This document shows, in pieces, positions 1-14,299 of a stretch of 64,000 nucleotides of DNA. The notes beneath the pieces were generated by a model. It saw nothing but the letters and a program-made list of their open reading frames with translations, had not been told where the DNA came from and did not search any database. How positions within the stretch are numbered: position 1 is the stretch's first letter; every line of letters begins with the position of its first letter. Location: the NCBI GenBank assembly GCA_951406725.2, contig OX597819.1, positions 27,342,001 through 27,406,000 of the forward strand, read 5' to 3'. A program made the position numbers and the translations under genes. This stretch comes from Octopus vulgaris (Eukaryota).

Positions 1-251
1 GTTTGTATGTACGCATGTTTCTATGTATGTATGTATGTATATATGTATGTATGTATGTATCTATGTATGTGTTGTATTTATTTATGTATGTTGATATGCA
101 GGTATGTGTATATAAATGTATGTGTACGTGTGTCTGTGCATGTGTGTGTGTGTGAATATATACTTACGTATATATATTTATATATATATATATATATATA
201 GATGTATGTATGTATATATGTAGGTATGTATATATATATATACACACATAT

Positions 252-282
<31 letters not shown>

Positions 283-306
283 TACACACACATATATATA
301 TATACA

Positions 307-356
<50 letters not shown>

Positions 357-385
357 CATATATATAGAGAGAGATATATACACAC

Positions 386-560
<175 letters not shown>

Positions 561-709
561 GACAGACACACAGACAGACAGATAGATTGAGTGATTGATT
601 GATATACACTTATACAGACACACACACACACACACACACAACACACACACACACACATATATATTTATACCTAGACGCGCATGCATGCACACATGTACAT
701 ACACACTTA

Positions 710-756
<47 letters not shown>

Positions 757-1161
757 GCAAACATTCAAGCGTACACACACACACACACACACACGCGCGT
801 TCAATCACGCCACCATATGCTACTGATTCACAGCTTCATCACTTCTATCAGTTTCACATTTTCTGCTCCATTGATAAAAACACAACTGTACAGGCTTCTC
901 TACTCAAATCTACTCCACTGCGCACCACCGTACGCTATAGTACTGTACCTTACTGTACTGTGCAGTGACGTACAGTCATTTATACTGAATTATTCAGAAT
1001 AGGGTTCAATCGAGCGATGTTCCTGTTCTGCTCAATTTAACATCACTATTGCTCTGCATCACAAATTGATGTGTCAGTATGCAACGCATACCTACACACC
1101 TTATAATTGCACGTACGCAGGCATAAACATATATGCATGCAGATAATAAGCACGTGCATAC

Positions 1162-1205
<44 letters not shown>

Positions 1206-1238
1206 GCAGACACTCACACGCGCGGATATGCATGCATC

Positions 1239-1289
<51 letters not shown>

Positions 1290-1374
1290 ATATATACATA
1301 TTTGTATGTATATGTCAAACAACATGTATATGTAAACACGCAGACATACATACACACACACACAACACACACAC

Positions 1375-1416
<42 letters not shown>

Positions 1417-1460
1417 TTGTATGTATACTGTCAAACATACATGTATATGTAAACACGCAG

Positions 1461-1544
<84 letters not shown>

Positions 1545-1557
1545 ATATATATATACA

Positions 1558-1610
<53 letters not shown>

Positions 1611-1766
1611 GAAACTTACATGCATATATACATACATACATACATACATACAAGACAGAGTGAGGGAGAGATAGAGAGAGAGGGAGAAAGAGGGAGAGAG
1701 GGAGAAAGAGGGAGAGTGAACGAAAGAAAGAAAGAAAGAAAGAGACAGACACACACGTAGACAGAC

Positions 1767-1849
<83 letters not shown>

Positions 1850-2449
1850 GTTGCAATTAAGTATCATGCAGGGTGGGGTACCCGAATCAGTCTGTTAATT
1901 TTATTTCTGTCCCTTGCCCCTTGCGACAAGTTTTCATTAAAGAAAATGAATTTTTGTTCTCATTACGGTTACAATCTTGATTAGACATTATATTTGGCTC
2001 ATCGCGTCGAACTTAACATAATGCACTTAACTATATACCATATGTGCAGAGGGCACCCTTGGGATATTTCCTAATGTTGTTATAGCTCTGTGTGTTTGTG
2101 TATCTGTGTGTGAGTGGGTCATCGAATCAACGCAGTAGCCTCATAAGTGTGTCTCGATGAGCTAGAAATGTCACCCTAATCTCCATGCCGTTAAAAGAGA
2201 ATGACACATTGTATAATGTAACCATAGGTAGACTATTCCCTGATGCAAAATTCAGACAGCATGACCCTGGGTGGAACGTCTTTCATCATCGTGTACTTGA
2301 TCCATGTTGACCCTGAACTAAACAACAATATGTGTGTGCGCGTGTGTGTGTGTGTGTGTGTATTTGTGTTTGTCCGTGTGTATATGTGTACGTTTGTGTG
2401 TATGTCTTGTGTATGCATGCGTTTGTTTGTGTTTATTTGTATGCAAATA

Positions 2450-2935
2450 GCTTGGGTGTGGCTGTGTGGTAAGTAGCTTGCTTACCAGCCAAATGGTTCC
2501 GGGTTCAGTCCCACTGCGTGGCACCTTGGGCAAGTGTCTTCTACTATAGCCTCGAGCCAACCAAAGCCTTGTGAGTGGATTTGGTAGACGGAAACTAGAA
2601 AGAAGCCCTTCGCATATATGTAGATATATGTGTGTGTGCGTGTGCGTGTGTGCGTGTGTGTGTGCGTGTGCGTGTGCGTGTGTGTGTGTGTGTGTGTCTG
2701 TGTTGTGTGTTTGTGTTTGTGTGTCTGTGTTGTGTGTTTGACAACCGATGCTGGTGTGTTTACTTCCCCGTAACTTAGTGCTTCGGCAAAAGAGACCGAT
2801 AGAATAAGTACTAGGCTTACAAAGAATAAGTCCTGAGGTCGATTTGCTTTGACTAAAGACGGTGCTCCAGCATGGTCGCAGTCAAATGACTGAAACATAT
2901 AAAAGTAAAAAAGTAAGTAAAAGTAAGTAAAAGTA
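2450..2935 (+). mobile_element. tRNA-derived SINE family A, full length
   Basis: A box TGGCTGTGTGG, B box GGTTCAGTCC, CORE-like ACCTTGGGCAAGT, central TA/TG microsatellite, tail GGTGCTCCAGCATGG..CAGTCAAATGACTGAAAC plus AAAAGT repeats. More than 12 copies in the window. Confidence 0.9.
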
Positions 2936-2979
2936 GATATGAATGCGACTGTACATGTTTGTATGCGTGACTGTGCAAG

Positions 2980-3022
<43 letters not shown>

Positions 3023-3326
3023 GTGTGTGTGTACTTGTGTATGTATGCTTGTGTGCGTGCGTGCGTGTGTGTGTGTGACTCTGTATGTGTGTTTGTGGGG
3101 GGGGGCGGGGATGAGACTCTGGTGGCTGTGTGAATGTTTATATGTGTCAATGTGAATGTATTTGTGTTTGAGTGTGAGAATTTGTCTATGGTTAATATAC
3201 GCATGGATTTATATGTATGAATGTGTATGTATATATATATATGTATGTGTGTGTACGTGTATTCGTAACTATATGTGTGTAAGCTTTGTTTTCATACACC
3301 CTCCCGATTAAATTTTTTTTTAAATA

Positions 3327-3711
3327 GGCGCAGGAGTGGCTGTGTGGTAAGTAGCTTGCTAACCAACCACATGGTTCCGGGTTCAGTCCCACTGCGTGGC
3401 ATCTTGGGCAAGTGTCTTCTGCTATAGCCCCGGGCCGACCAATGCCTAGTGAGTGGATTTGGTAGACGGAAACTGAAAGAAGCCTGTCGTATATATGTGT
3501 ATATATGTATATATGTGAGTGTGTTTGTGTGTGTGTGTGTGTTTGTCCCCCTAGCATTGCTTGACAACCGATGCTGGTGAGTTTACGACCCCGTAAAATA
3601 GCGGTTCGGCAAAAGAGACCGATAGAATAAGTACTGGGCTTACAAAGAATAAGTCCCGGGGTCGATTTGCTCGACTAAAGGCGGTGCTCCAGCATGGCCG
3701 CAGTCAGATGA
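3327..3711 (+). mobile_element. SINE family A
   Basis: Starts GGCGCAGGAGTGGCTGTGTGGTAAG. Same body as other copies; 3' tip clipped. Confidence 0.9.
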
Positions 3712-3819
3712 GTCTAAAGAGTCTATTCTACATATTTGCATTCTTTTTTGTTTTGAATTACATTTATTTTATATAATTTGTCAATATTTTGGTGTTATAG
3801 GTGTTGTATGGGTACTATA

Positions 3820-3886
<67 letters not shown>

Positions 3887-3936
3887 CTGCGTGTGTGTGA
3901 GAGAGAGGGGGAAAAGGAGGAAGGGTGAGAGAGCGT

Positions 3937-3970
<34 letters not shown>

Positions 3971-4077
3971 ATAAACACACATAAACATACATAAAAACTA
4001 TCATATATATGTATTTCTGCGTATGAGTGTACGTGTGTATGCGTACGTGTGCGTGTGTGAGTGTGTGTAATAAAAAC

Positions 4078-4123
<46 letters not shown>

Positions 4124-4250
4124 ACACGTATCTATATAGCTATCTATCTACCTATCTATCCATCCACCCATCCATCCGTTCGTCTGTCTATCTATCTATC
4201 TATCTATCGATCTATCTATATACATACGTATGTATATATACATACATATA

Positions 4251-4281
<31 letters not shown>

Positions 4282-4323
4282 ATGTATGTATACATATATA
4301 TATATATATATAATTTTATATAC

Positions 4324-4416
<93 letters not shown>

Positions 4417-4655
4417 TTTTATTCTTCCCAATCAAAGCGTATCTGAGTCCGTTCAAGCAAACATCACCAAGTTCTTTCTCTCTCACAACCCTAACCCTCT
4501 CTCTTTCTCTCAATCTCCCTCTCTTTCTCTCCCCTCTCTCTCTCTCTCTCTCCCTCTCTGTCTGACAGTCACACACTCACCCACACATGCACATATCCAT
4601 CCATGCACACACATATACCCATACATACGTAGACGACGCGCACTCACACACACAG

Positions 4656-4689
<34 letters not shown>

Positions 4690-5182
4690 ACACACATACA
4701 CATGCCCACACATCGTTCAACGACCTCTTGCACATAAAAAGTGTTAATATTTCAATAATATCATAATACTTATTCTAAGTATGAAAACTTGAAAGCGATA
4801 TTGAATGATATTAAACGATACGCAACATTAAGGATATCGTTTAATAAATAGTCCTTTGTGTGTATGGATATCTACATGTGCATGTGTAAGTGCATCTGTC
4901 TGCGTGTATGTGGGTAAATGTGTGATATACTAAAATATATATATATATACATGTCTTCGTTAGTAGTTGTCTGTACCTTTGCGTATTGGTCTCTTTGTGG
5001 TCTGGGCTTATGTGTGTGTGTGCGTATATAAGTGTGTGTCTGTCTGTCTGTCTGTACAGTATATACAAATAGTTATATACAGGGATACAGTCATGAACAA
5101 TGTATAGAGACAATGGTATATTTAAAAAGTGAAGCAAAATAAAAAATGGATAGAGATAGATAGATAGAAAGATAGACAGATG

Positions 5183-5252
<70 letters not shown>

Positions 5253-5253
5253 C

Positions 5254-5301
<48 letters not shown>

Positions 5302-5350
5302 TGACGGACGGACGGACGGACGGACGGACGGACGGACGGGTGGGTGGATG

Positions 5351-5413
<63 letters not shown>

Positions 5414-5425
5414 GAATAGATAGAC

Positions 5426-5465
<40 letters not shown>

Positions 5466-5542
5466 GGACGGACGGACGGACGGACGGACGGACGGACGGA
5501 CGGACGGACGGACGGACGGACGGGTGGGTGGATGGATGGATG

Positions 5543-5635
<93 letters not shown>

Positions 5636-5661
5636 ATAAATAAATATATATATATAAATAT

Positions 5662-5702
<41 letters not shown>

Positions 5703-5828
5703 GAGAAAGAGGGAGAGAGAGATAATGTGATATTGGGAAATATGTAGAATAGAGGGAACCAAAATATAAACATTGGAAATATTGAGTATCTGTAAATGGC
5801 AAAAAAAGATAATTAAATATATATAAAA

Positions 5829-5829
5829 T

Positions 5830-5900
<71 letters not shown>

Positions 5901-5944
5901 AGGACAGAAAGAAAGAAGGAAAGAAAGAAAGAAGGAAAGAGGGA

Positions 5945-5976
<32 letters not shown>

Positions 5977-6027
5977 AGAAAGAAGGAAAGAGGGAAAGAA
6001 AGAAAGAAAGGAAAATAGAAAGAAAGA
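5829..6027. repeat. (GAAA)n microsatellite
   Basis: Read directly. Confidence 0.95.
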
Positions 6028-6569
6028 ATCTATAAAGTATGTATACTTAGTTACATATATTGAACGAAATAGAAAGAAAGTGAAGTAAGAAAGAAAGGCC
6101 GAAACAAATGGAGGAATTGAAAACGTAGAGTATACATAGTAACTGTGAATGAATGAATGAATGAATGAATGAATGAATGAATGAATGAATGAATGAATGA
6201 AATGCTTGCATGAATGGAAAGATGGACAAAAAGAAATAAAGAAAGGATGCTAGAAATGATAATTGTATATTGTGTTTATGTAACTCAGTAGCAGCGAATA
6301 AAAATGAAAAGGAAAGGAATAATGTAAAGAAAGCGAGGAAGTACGAACGAGATGAGAGAAAGAAAGAAAGAAAAAAATGAAAGAAGAAAGTGGGGAAGAT
6401 AAGAGGATAGAGAAGAGAGAGAGAGAGGAAGAAACTTGAAATGAATGAAAGAACCGAATGAAATTGTATAGAAAAGAAAGAAGTAGGAAAGAGAAGAAAA
6501 AAATTTTAAAGAAATCAACGAAATAGTGGTGTTTGTGTGATTATGTCTTCGCTCTGTGTACATGTATAC

Positions 6570-6597
6570 GTGTGTGTGTGTGTGTGTGTGTGTTTTA

Positions 6598-6641
<44 letters not shown>

Positions 6642-6835
6642 ACACGTGTGTATGTGTGTGTGTGTGTTTCCCTCTTCCTATGCGCGTGTGTATGTGCGTG
6701 TGTGTGTGTGTGTGTGTTTTACACGTGTGTGTGTGTTTCCCTCTTCCCATGCGCGTGTGTATGTGGTGTGTGTGTGTGTGTGTGTTTTACACGTGTGTGT
6801 GTGTGTGTGTTTCCCTCTTCCTATGCGCGCGTGTG
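6570..6835. repeat. Compound minisatellite built on (TG)n
   Basis: Recurring TTTTACACGTGTG (4x) and TTTCCCTCTTCCYATGCGCG (3x) separated by variable TG runs. Confidence 0.8.
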
Positions 6836-7098
6836 TATGTGCGTGTGCGTGTGTGCGTGTGCGTGTGTGCGTGTGTCTCCGTACGTACGCGCGCGAGAGC
6901 ATGTGTGAGCGGTGTTTTATATATTTTGGTTCGGTCAACATGTGTGTATTTATGGTGTACGTACGTCTACGTGTGTATTTATGGTGTACGTACATCTACG
7001 TGTGTATGTGTGCGCGTGTAAGCGCAAAGGATTGTGTGAGTGTGTTGTGTTCGTGTGTTAGTGTGTTTGTGCGCATGTCTCTTTGTGTGCGGCGAACT

Positions 7099-7129
<31 letters not shown>

Positions 7130-7244
7130 ACGCGCACGCACGTGCGTATATGTGTGTGTGCTCTTGTGTGTATGAGTGCGTGCAGTTTTTGTGAGTCAAA
7201 GAGTGTATTTATCCGTATTTATCTACATAGATATTTGTGTGGGG

Positions 7245-7285
<41 letters not shown>

Positions 7286-7304
7286 CGTGTGGTTGTGTGT
7301 ATGT

Positions 7305-7711
7305 CTCTTTTTACTCTTTTACTCTTTTACTTGTTTCAGTCATTTGACTGCGGCCATGCTGGAGCACCGCCTTAAGTCCAGCAAGTCGATCCCGGGACTT
7401 ATTCTTTGTAAGCCCAGTACTTATTCTATCGGCCTCTTTTGCCGACGAACCGCTAAGTGACGGGGACGTAAACACACCAGCATCGGTTGTCAAGCAATGC
7501 TAGGGGGACAAACACACACACACATACACATATATACATATATATACATATATACGACAGGCTTCTTTCAGTTTCCGTCTACCAAATCCACTCACAAGGC
7601 ATTGGTCGGCCCGGGGCTATAGCAGAAGACACTTGCCCAAGATGCCACGCAGTGGGACTGAACCCGGAACCGTGTGGCTGGTTAGCAAGCTACTTACCAC
7701 ACAGCCACTCC
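7305..7711 (-). mobile_element. SINE family A
   Basis: Reverse complement of family A with (GTAAAAGA)n tail. Confidence 0.9.
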
Positions 7712-8144
7712 ATACATATGTATGTATGTTTAAGTGTGTTTCGTACGTAAATTCACTTGTCTATTTGTTTATGTACGCGCACACGTGTGTGCGTGTATTT
7801 GTTTATCAACACGTGAGCATGCATGCACGAATCCGCCTGTGTACGTCTGCATATATATAGGAATAGATGTATGTTAATGCGTGTTAATGTCTATGAGTGT
7901 GTGTGTGTATTTCTAAGCGTCTTGGCGTGTATGTGTAAGTGGCGGCGAAGGAATCTGTGTATATGTCAAGAACGCGTATATGAGCGTGCTGTATGTGTGA
8001 ATGTGTAAAATCGCACGTGTATATATGTACATATATGTGTGTATGTGTGTGTGTGAATGTATTTATATATGTATATATGAATATATGAATATATACATAC
8101 GTACGTATATATATATATATATACACACACACATATATATATAC

Positions 8145-8208
<64 letters not shown>

Positions 8209-8290
8209 GAATATATATATAAATATATATATATATATAGATAGATAGATAGATACATACGTATATATACATACATACATATATATATAT

Positions 8291-8365
<75 letters not shown>

Positions 8366-8521
8366 GAGAGCGAGAGGTCATGAGAGGTAATGGTGTCAAT
8401 AAGACCCAAATGTGTCAGGTTATGCTAAGTAAGTGCTATGGACAGACCATAGTTAAGCTCCAGGTTCGGTGATTACGTGAATATGGAGTCCAACGTAGGT
8501 GATATATCAGCATGTGTATAT

Positions 8522-8830
8522 ATAAAAAAAAAAAAAGATTTTTCAGAATGAGATAAAAAAAAAACCAAGGCTGTGAAGATTTTAGAACATTTATAAATAA
8601 ATAGAAGATTTTACAGCTGTTTCCAGGAATATTTATTATATCCCTTCATCGGAGACGGTGTGAGTAAGTAGCTTTAACTGAGATAAGATACGAAATAAAG
8701 AGTGAAGTGGAGGAATGACAATAGACGTGAGATATGCAGGGATATTGCATTTGTAGATCCATTATTTAGGCAGAATGGTATACATATAAGAGTCCAATAT
8801 TTTGTGAGTAAAATCTATTTATAGTTATGT
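8522..8830 (-). mobile_element. Penelope-like LTR fragment
   Basis: AT-rich non-coding block beside TA runs that carries a hammerhead-like motif. The family call rests on that motif. Confidence 0.45.
8606..8656 (-). ncRNA. Minimal type-I hammerhead-like motif (U4C core variant)
   Basis: Minus: GTCT-CCGATGA-AGGGATAT-AATAA-ATATTCCT-G-GAAA-CAGCTG-TA-AAAT. Palindromic stem III ACAGCTGT; stem I imperfect. Confidence 0.5.
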
Positions 8831-8856
8831 GTGTGTGTGTATAAATTAATTGTTCA

Positions 8857-8900
<44 letters not shown>

Positions 8901-8903
<3 letters not shown>

Positions 8904-9040
8904 GGAGTAAACACTTAAATGTGAAACAAGGTGGAAAAAAGAGTACTCAAATACCAGTGGTAGAGTAACATGCTTTATTTAAAGCAGTAGAAAATTCAGT
9001 AACAGGTTTTGTTGAATTTTCTGCTGCTTTAAATAAAGTT
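8901..9040. repeat. Short foldback element in (TA)n
   Basis: CTTTATTTAAAGCAGTAGAAAATTCA pairs with TGAATTTTCTGCTGCTTTAAATAAAG. Confidence 0.65.
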
Positions 9041-9423
9041 TATATATATATATATGAAAACGGCATACGTGTGTGTGTATGAACATATGTGTGTATGTAT
9101 CAGTAAAAATGAAACTGTTGCATGTGCATGTGTATGTGTAGGAGGAATTGTATCTGTGCGCATTTTCAGTGTATGTGTATATGCGTGTTAGTAACTGTGT
9201 ATGTGAACATGCGTCTGTGCGTAGTTGAATGCACATATATACATACACACACACACAGACATGTATACACATGTGAACGTATGCATATGTGCGTGTATGT
9301 GTGCAAAAGTATATTTGAGTGTGTGCATATATGTGAGTGTGTATGTGTGTGCTCGTGTGCGTGTGCATATGACAGTGGTTACAAACACATATCACAATAT
9401 TTTTTTGTTTATCAGACGTCAAC

Positions 9424-9800
9424 AGATTAAAATGCTAGAAATAGCAGCCAAAATATTCTTCAAATGATATTATACAATCTATGAAAACAAAGGACATTGA
9501 ATAGTGTAATCTCAATACATTTCGCCTGAAAGAAAAAAAAAGTAAGACGGATAGTTCACAGCTAGATTGTCTTTGATCATGGCTCTGTTGGATAAGGGCT
9601 GGCCTGGGGGTATATATATGATAAGGTACCTTGAAAGCGGTTGCTGAGACCTACTAGAGATAGCAGCAAAATCACTCACAAAAAAACAAAAAAAAACTTA
9701 CTGTGTAAGTGAAGCTCCAGCCTGTCACTTGATATGCTAGAAATAGCAACTACATACCCCTCAAAATTCATACAACCGTCTTTTAAAAAGATTAAAAAAA
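9424..9800 (+). repeat. Old dispersed repeat with GCTAGAAATAGCAGC motif (3 degenerate copies)
   Basis: Motif recurs at about 9435, 9655 and 9737. Related pieces near 2160, 60080 and 61950 (minus). Confidence 0.55.
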
Positions 9801-10365
9801 ACTACACATACACTGTCAAATTCATAAACACGTTGAAATACAATCTAACATTTTCGTTATATACACGTTAATGGAAACTCCATATAAGCCACACACGCGC
9901 GCAAAAACGCGCACGCGCGCAAAAACGTGCGCGCGCGCACGCAAATAAGATGTGTGGAGATAACAACAAATACAACAACATATATATATATATATAAAGA
10001 GAGAGAAAGAGTGTTGCGTGCTCATAAACACCATACCTTGTTGAAAGATGTTGAACAAATTATCTGTTAATAACAACAGTCACTCACGCTATGGTATTGA
10101 TGCGTCTGTGAGAAGGGGATATCGCGACATCGTATGAAAACGTGCGTGCGTGCGTGCGTGCGTGTGCGTGCGTGCGTGCGTGTGCGTGCGTGCGTGTGCG
10201 CGCGCATGTGTACGGGTTTGTAGGTGGGTGTGGGTGGGGGTGGAGGTTGGGGGAGGTGGAGGTCCAACGCAACAGTTCGGTAAAAATCAACATGTTTGTA
10301 TGAACATATGAATAAAGATACACACACACACAAACAAACACACACACACACACACACACACATAC

Positions 10366-10448
<83 letters not shown>

Positions 10449-10525
10449 TAGATAGATACATAGATAGATAGACAGACAGACAGACAGGCAGACAGACAGA
10501 CAGACAGACAGACAGACTGACAGAC

Positions 10526-10564
<39 letters not shown>

Positions 10565-10589
10565 TAGACAGATAGATAGATAGATAGAT

Positions 10590-10632
<43 letters not shown>

Positions 10633-10637
10633 TAGAT

Positions 10638-11366
<729 letters not shown>

Positions 11367-11422
11367 GGACGGACAGACAGACTGGCGGACAGACATATAG
11401 ACAGACAGACAGACAGACAGAC

Positions 11423-11476
<54 letters not shown>

Positions 11477-11598
11477 GCAGGCAGGCAGATAGGACTGTAT
11501 GTATGTATGTATGTATGTAGATAGACAGGTAGGTAATTAGGTAGGAAGGTAAGTAGGTAGGTAAGTAGGTAGTTACGTAGATAGGGAGTGAGAGAAAA

Positions 11599-12198
11599 GG
11601 TGGCGAGCTGGCTGTATCGGTAGCGCGCCGGGCGAAATGCTAAGCGGTATTTTATCTGCCGCTACGTTCTGAGTTCAAATTCCGCCGAGGTCGACTTTGC
11701 CTTTCATCGTTTCGGGGTCGATTAAATAAGTACCAATTACGCACAGTGGTCGATATAATCGACTTAATCCGTTTGTCTGTCCTTGTTTGTCCTCTCTGTG
11801 TTTCGCCCCTGGTGGGTAGTTAAAAAATAGGTATTTCGTCTGCCGTTATGTTCTGAGTTCAATTTCCGCCGAGGTCGACTTTACCTTTCATCCTTTCGGA
11901 GTCGATTAAATAAGTACCAATTACGCACAGTGTTCGATATAATCGACTTAATCCGTTTGTCTGTCCTTGTTTGTCCTCTCTGTGTTTAGTCCCTTGTGGG
12001 TAGTAAAGAAATAGGTATTTCGTCTGCCGTTATGTTCTGAGTTCAATTTCCGCCGAGGTCGAGTTTACCTTTCATCCTTTTGGTGTCGATAAATTAAGTA
12101 CCAGTTACGCACTGGGGTGGATGTGATCGACTTAATCCTTTTATCTGTCCTTGTTTGTCCCCCTCTATGTTTAGCTCCTTGTGGGCAATAAAGAAATA
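11599..12198 (+). mobile_element. tRNA-derived SINE family B, head-to-tail trimer
   Basis: B box GAGTTCAAATT and body GGTCGACTTTGCCTTTCATCCTTTCGGGGTCGAT..AAGTACCA three times. 17-bp direct repeat AGATAGGGAGTGAGAGA at 11579-11595 and 12199-12215. Confidence 0.9.
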
Positions 12199-12436
12199 AG
12201 ATAGGGAGTGAGAGAGGGAGAGAAAGACAGAGAGAGAAAGAGAGAGTGGTCTGTATATCTGTGTCTGTGTGTGTGAAATAATTGAGACTCTAAAACAAAT
12301 ACAGTTTTCACTTAAAGTTTTATCCAAGTTAGTTAAAGTGAAATTGGGTGAAAGTGGTAGTGGTGGCGGTGGCGTCAGCGGCGGCGGCGGTGGTGGTGTT
12401 GGTGGTAGCGCCAGTAGCAGCTGTAGTAGTAGTTGT

Positions 12437-12499
<63 letters not shown>

Positions 12500-12509
12500 C
12501 GTAGTAGTA

Positions 12510-12570
12510 GTTTCTTTTATTTGCCACAGGGGTAGCTGATGAGGGGGGCCGATACAAAGATAGATTACCA
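12510..12570 (-). mobile_element. Possible Tx1-type 3' tip variant with (CTA)n tail
   Basis: Minus: ..CCCCTCATCAGCTACCCCTGTGGCAAATAAAAGAAA(CTA)n, similar to the Tx1 and SINE B 3' end. Confidence 0.35.
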
Positions 12571-12642
12571 TTCATATAAAACGGTGTAGCAGGGCAAACA
12601 GAAACGGAATGCGTGATTAAATAAAACGTTTGCCTTTCATAC

Positions 12643-12840
12643 TCTCTTCACTTGTTTCAGTCATTTGACTGTGGCCATGCTGGAGCACCGCCTTTAGTCG
12701 GGCAAATCGACACCAGGATTTATTCTTTGTAAGCCTAGTACTTATTCTATCGGTCATTTTCGTTGAACCGCTAGCTTACGGGAGCGTAAACACACCAGCA
12801 TCGGTTGTCAGGCGATTTTGGGAGGACAAACACAGACACA

Positions 12841-12902
<62 letters not shown>

Positions 12903-13098
12903 CACACACACATATATATATATATTTATATACGACAGGCTTCTTTCAGTTTCCGTCTACCAAATCCACTCACATGGCTTTGGTCGGCCCGAGGCTATAG
13001 CAGAAGACACTTGCCGGAGGTGCCACGCAGTGGGACTGAACCCGGAACTATGTGGTTCGTAAGCAAGCTACTTACCACGCAGGCCACTCCTACACCTA
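12643..13098 (-). mobile_element. SINE family A
   Basis: Reverse complement of family A. Confidence 0.9.
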
Positions 13099-13259
13099 CA
13101 TCATGCCCCCTCCCCCCACAAACGTAAATACACGGATTATGCTATCAGCATGCTACAGGAGAGCTTTCCAACTTTGACAAATCAAATAACTCCACCGTTC
13201 TAGTGTGTCGATGACCATTAAAAGCACCAGGCTCTCACCCAGCTTGGCTGTTGTTTTCC

Positions 13260-13425
13260 AATCAACAGGAATATGCTTCAGAGTAGTTTTTCTTCGTCCT
13301 AACCATTTTCGCCACTGTCACTTATCCATTGATAAATCAACTCCAGGAGAGAAGCCCCATTTCTCCATCCCCGCTTTCCTTTTCCAAGAATAATATTCTC
13401 TTCTATTACCATACAGAGACATGAT
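13260..13425 (-). pseudogene. Degraded Tx1 ORF2 C-terminal fragment
   Basis: Broken translation KRKAGME...VTVAKMVRTKK..TL resembles KRRMRIER...VKVAKMVSMKDDTIL at 10.9 kb. Confidence 0.4.
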
Positions 13426-13437
13426 GCTAAAAGTGTG

Positions 13438-13823
13438 GGAGGCGCAATGGCCCAGTGGTTAGGGCAGCGGACTCGCGGTCGTAGGATCGTGGTTTCGATT
13501 CCCAGACCGGGCGTTGTGAGTGTTTATTGAGCGAAAACACCTAAAGCTCCACGAGGCTCCGGCAGGGGATGCTGGTGATCCCTGCTGTACTCTTTTACCA
13601 CAACTTTCTCTCACTCTTACTTCCTGTTTCTGTTGTACCTGTATTTCAAAGGGCCGGCCTTGTTACTCTCTGTGTCACGCTGAATATCCTCGAGAACTAC
13701 GTTAAGGGTACACGTGTGTGTGGAGTGCTCAGCCATTTACACGTTAATTTCACGAGCAGGCTGTTCCGTTGGTCGGATCAACCGGAACCCTCGTCGTCGT
13801 AACCGACGGAGTGCTTCCATCCA
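13438..13823 (+). mobile_element. tRNA-derived SINE family C (tail type 1)
   Basis: A box TGGCCCAGTGG, B box GTTTCGATTCC. 11-bp TSD CTAAAAGTGTG at 13427-13437 and 13824-13834. Confidence 0.88.
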
Positions 13824-14299
13824 CTAAAAGTGTGAATGTTTACACCGAAATCGGAGAAATTAAAGGAAAACAGCAGGAATATAGGAAAAGAGTCTACGCA
13901 GTATCTAAACGTGTGATAGACACCCGAAAGCGAAGGGCCGCCCTCCGTACCCGAGACCAGTCAAGGAATCTCAAATCCTGGCATGGCTTGGTGCCGTCTT
14001 AAGGCACCAAGAACACTGTGCATTTGCCCGGGGGCATCACGGATCTAGGGGCTGGCTTCTAGTCTATGTATGCTGTGGCTTGCTGTCAGTAAATGAATGC
14101 TATAGGGTCTAATACATTGAATTGTCCTGTGGCTTTTAATGCCACTAAAATGACCCAGGTTACCTCGTTTTCCCAAAATAAAAGTCCTCTATCATCTATT
14201 TTTCGCCGTGTTGCACACGAATGTTCAGACGAGATTCATCTAATCTCACCTACTTTTCAACAAATTTACTAGGGTAAGTACCTCTCTCTCTCTATCTCT

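Noticed and set aside
1290-1500. Direct duplication of about 115 bp (also 20480-20700)
   Set aside because: Local slippage between TA tracts; ordinary.
13438-13510. tRNA genes at SINE heads
   Set aside because: A/B boxes continue into SINE bodies bounded by TSDs and lack proper acceptor stems.
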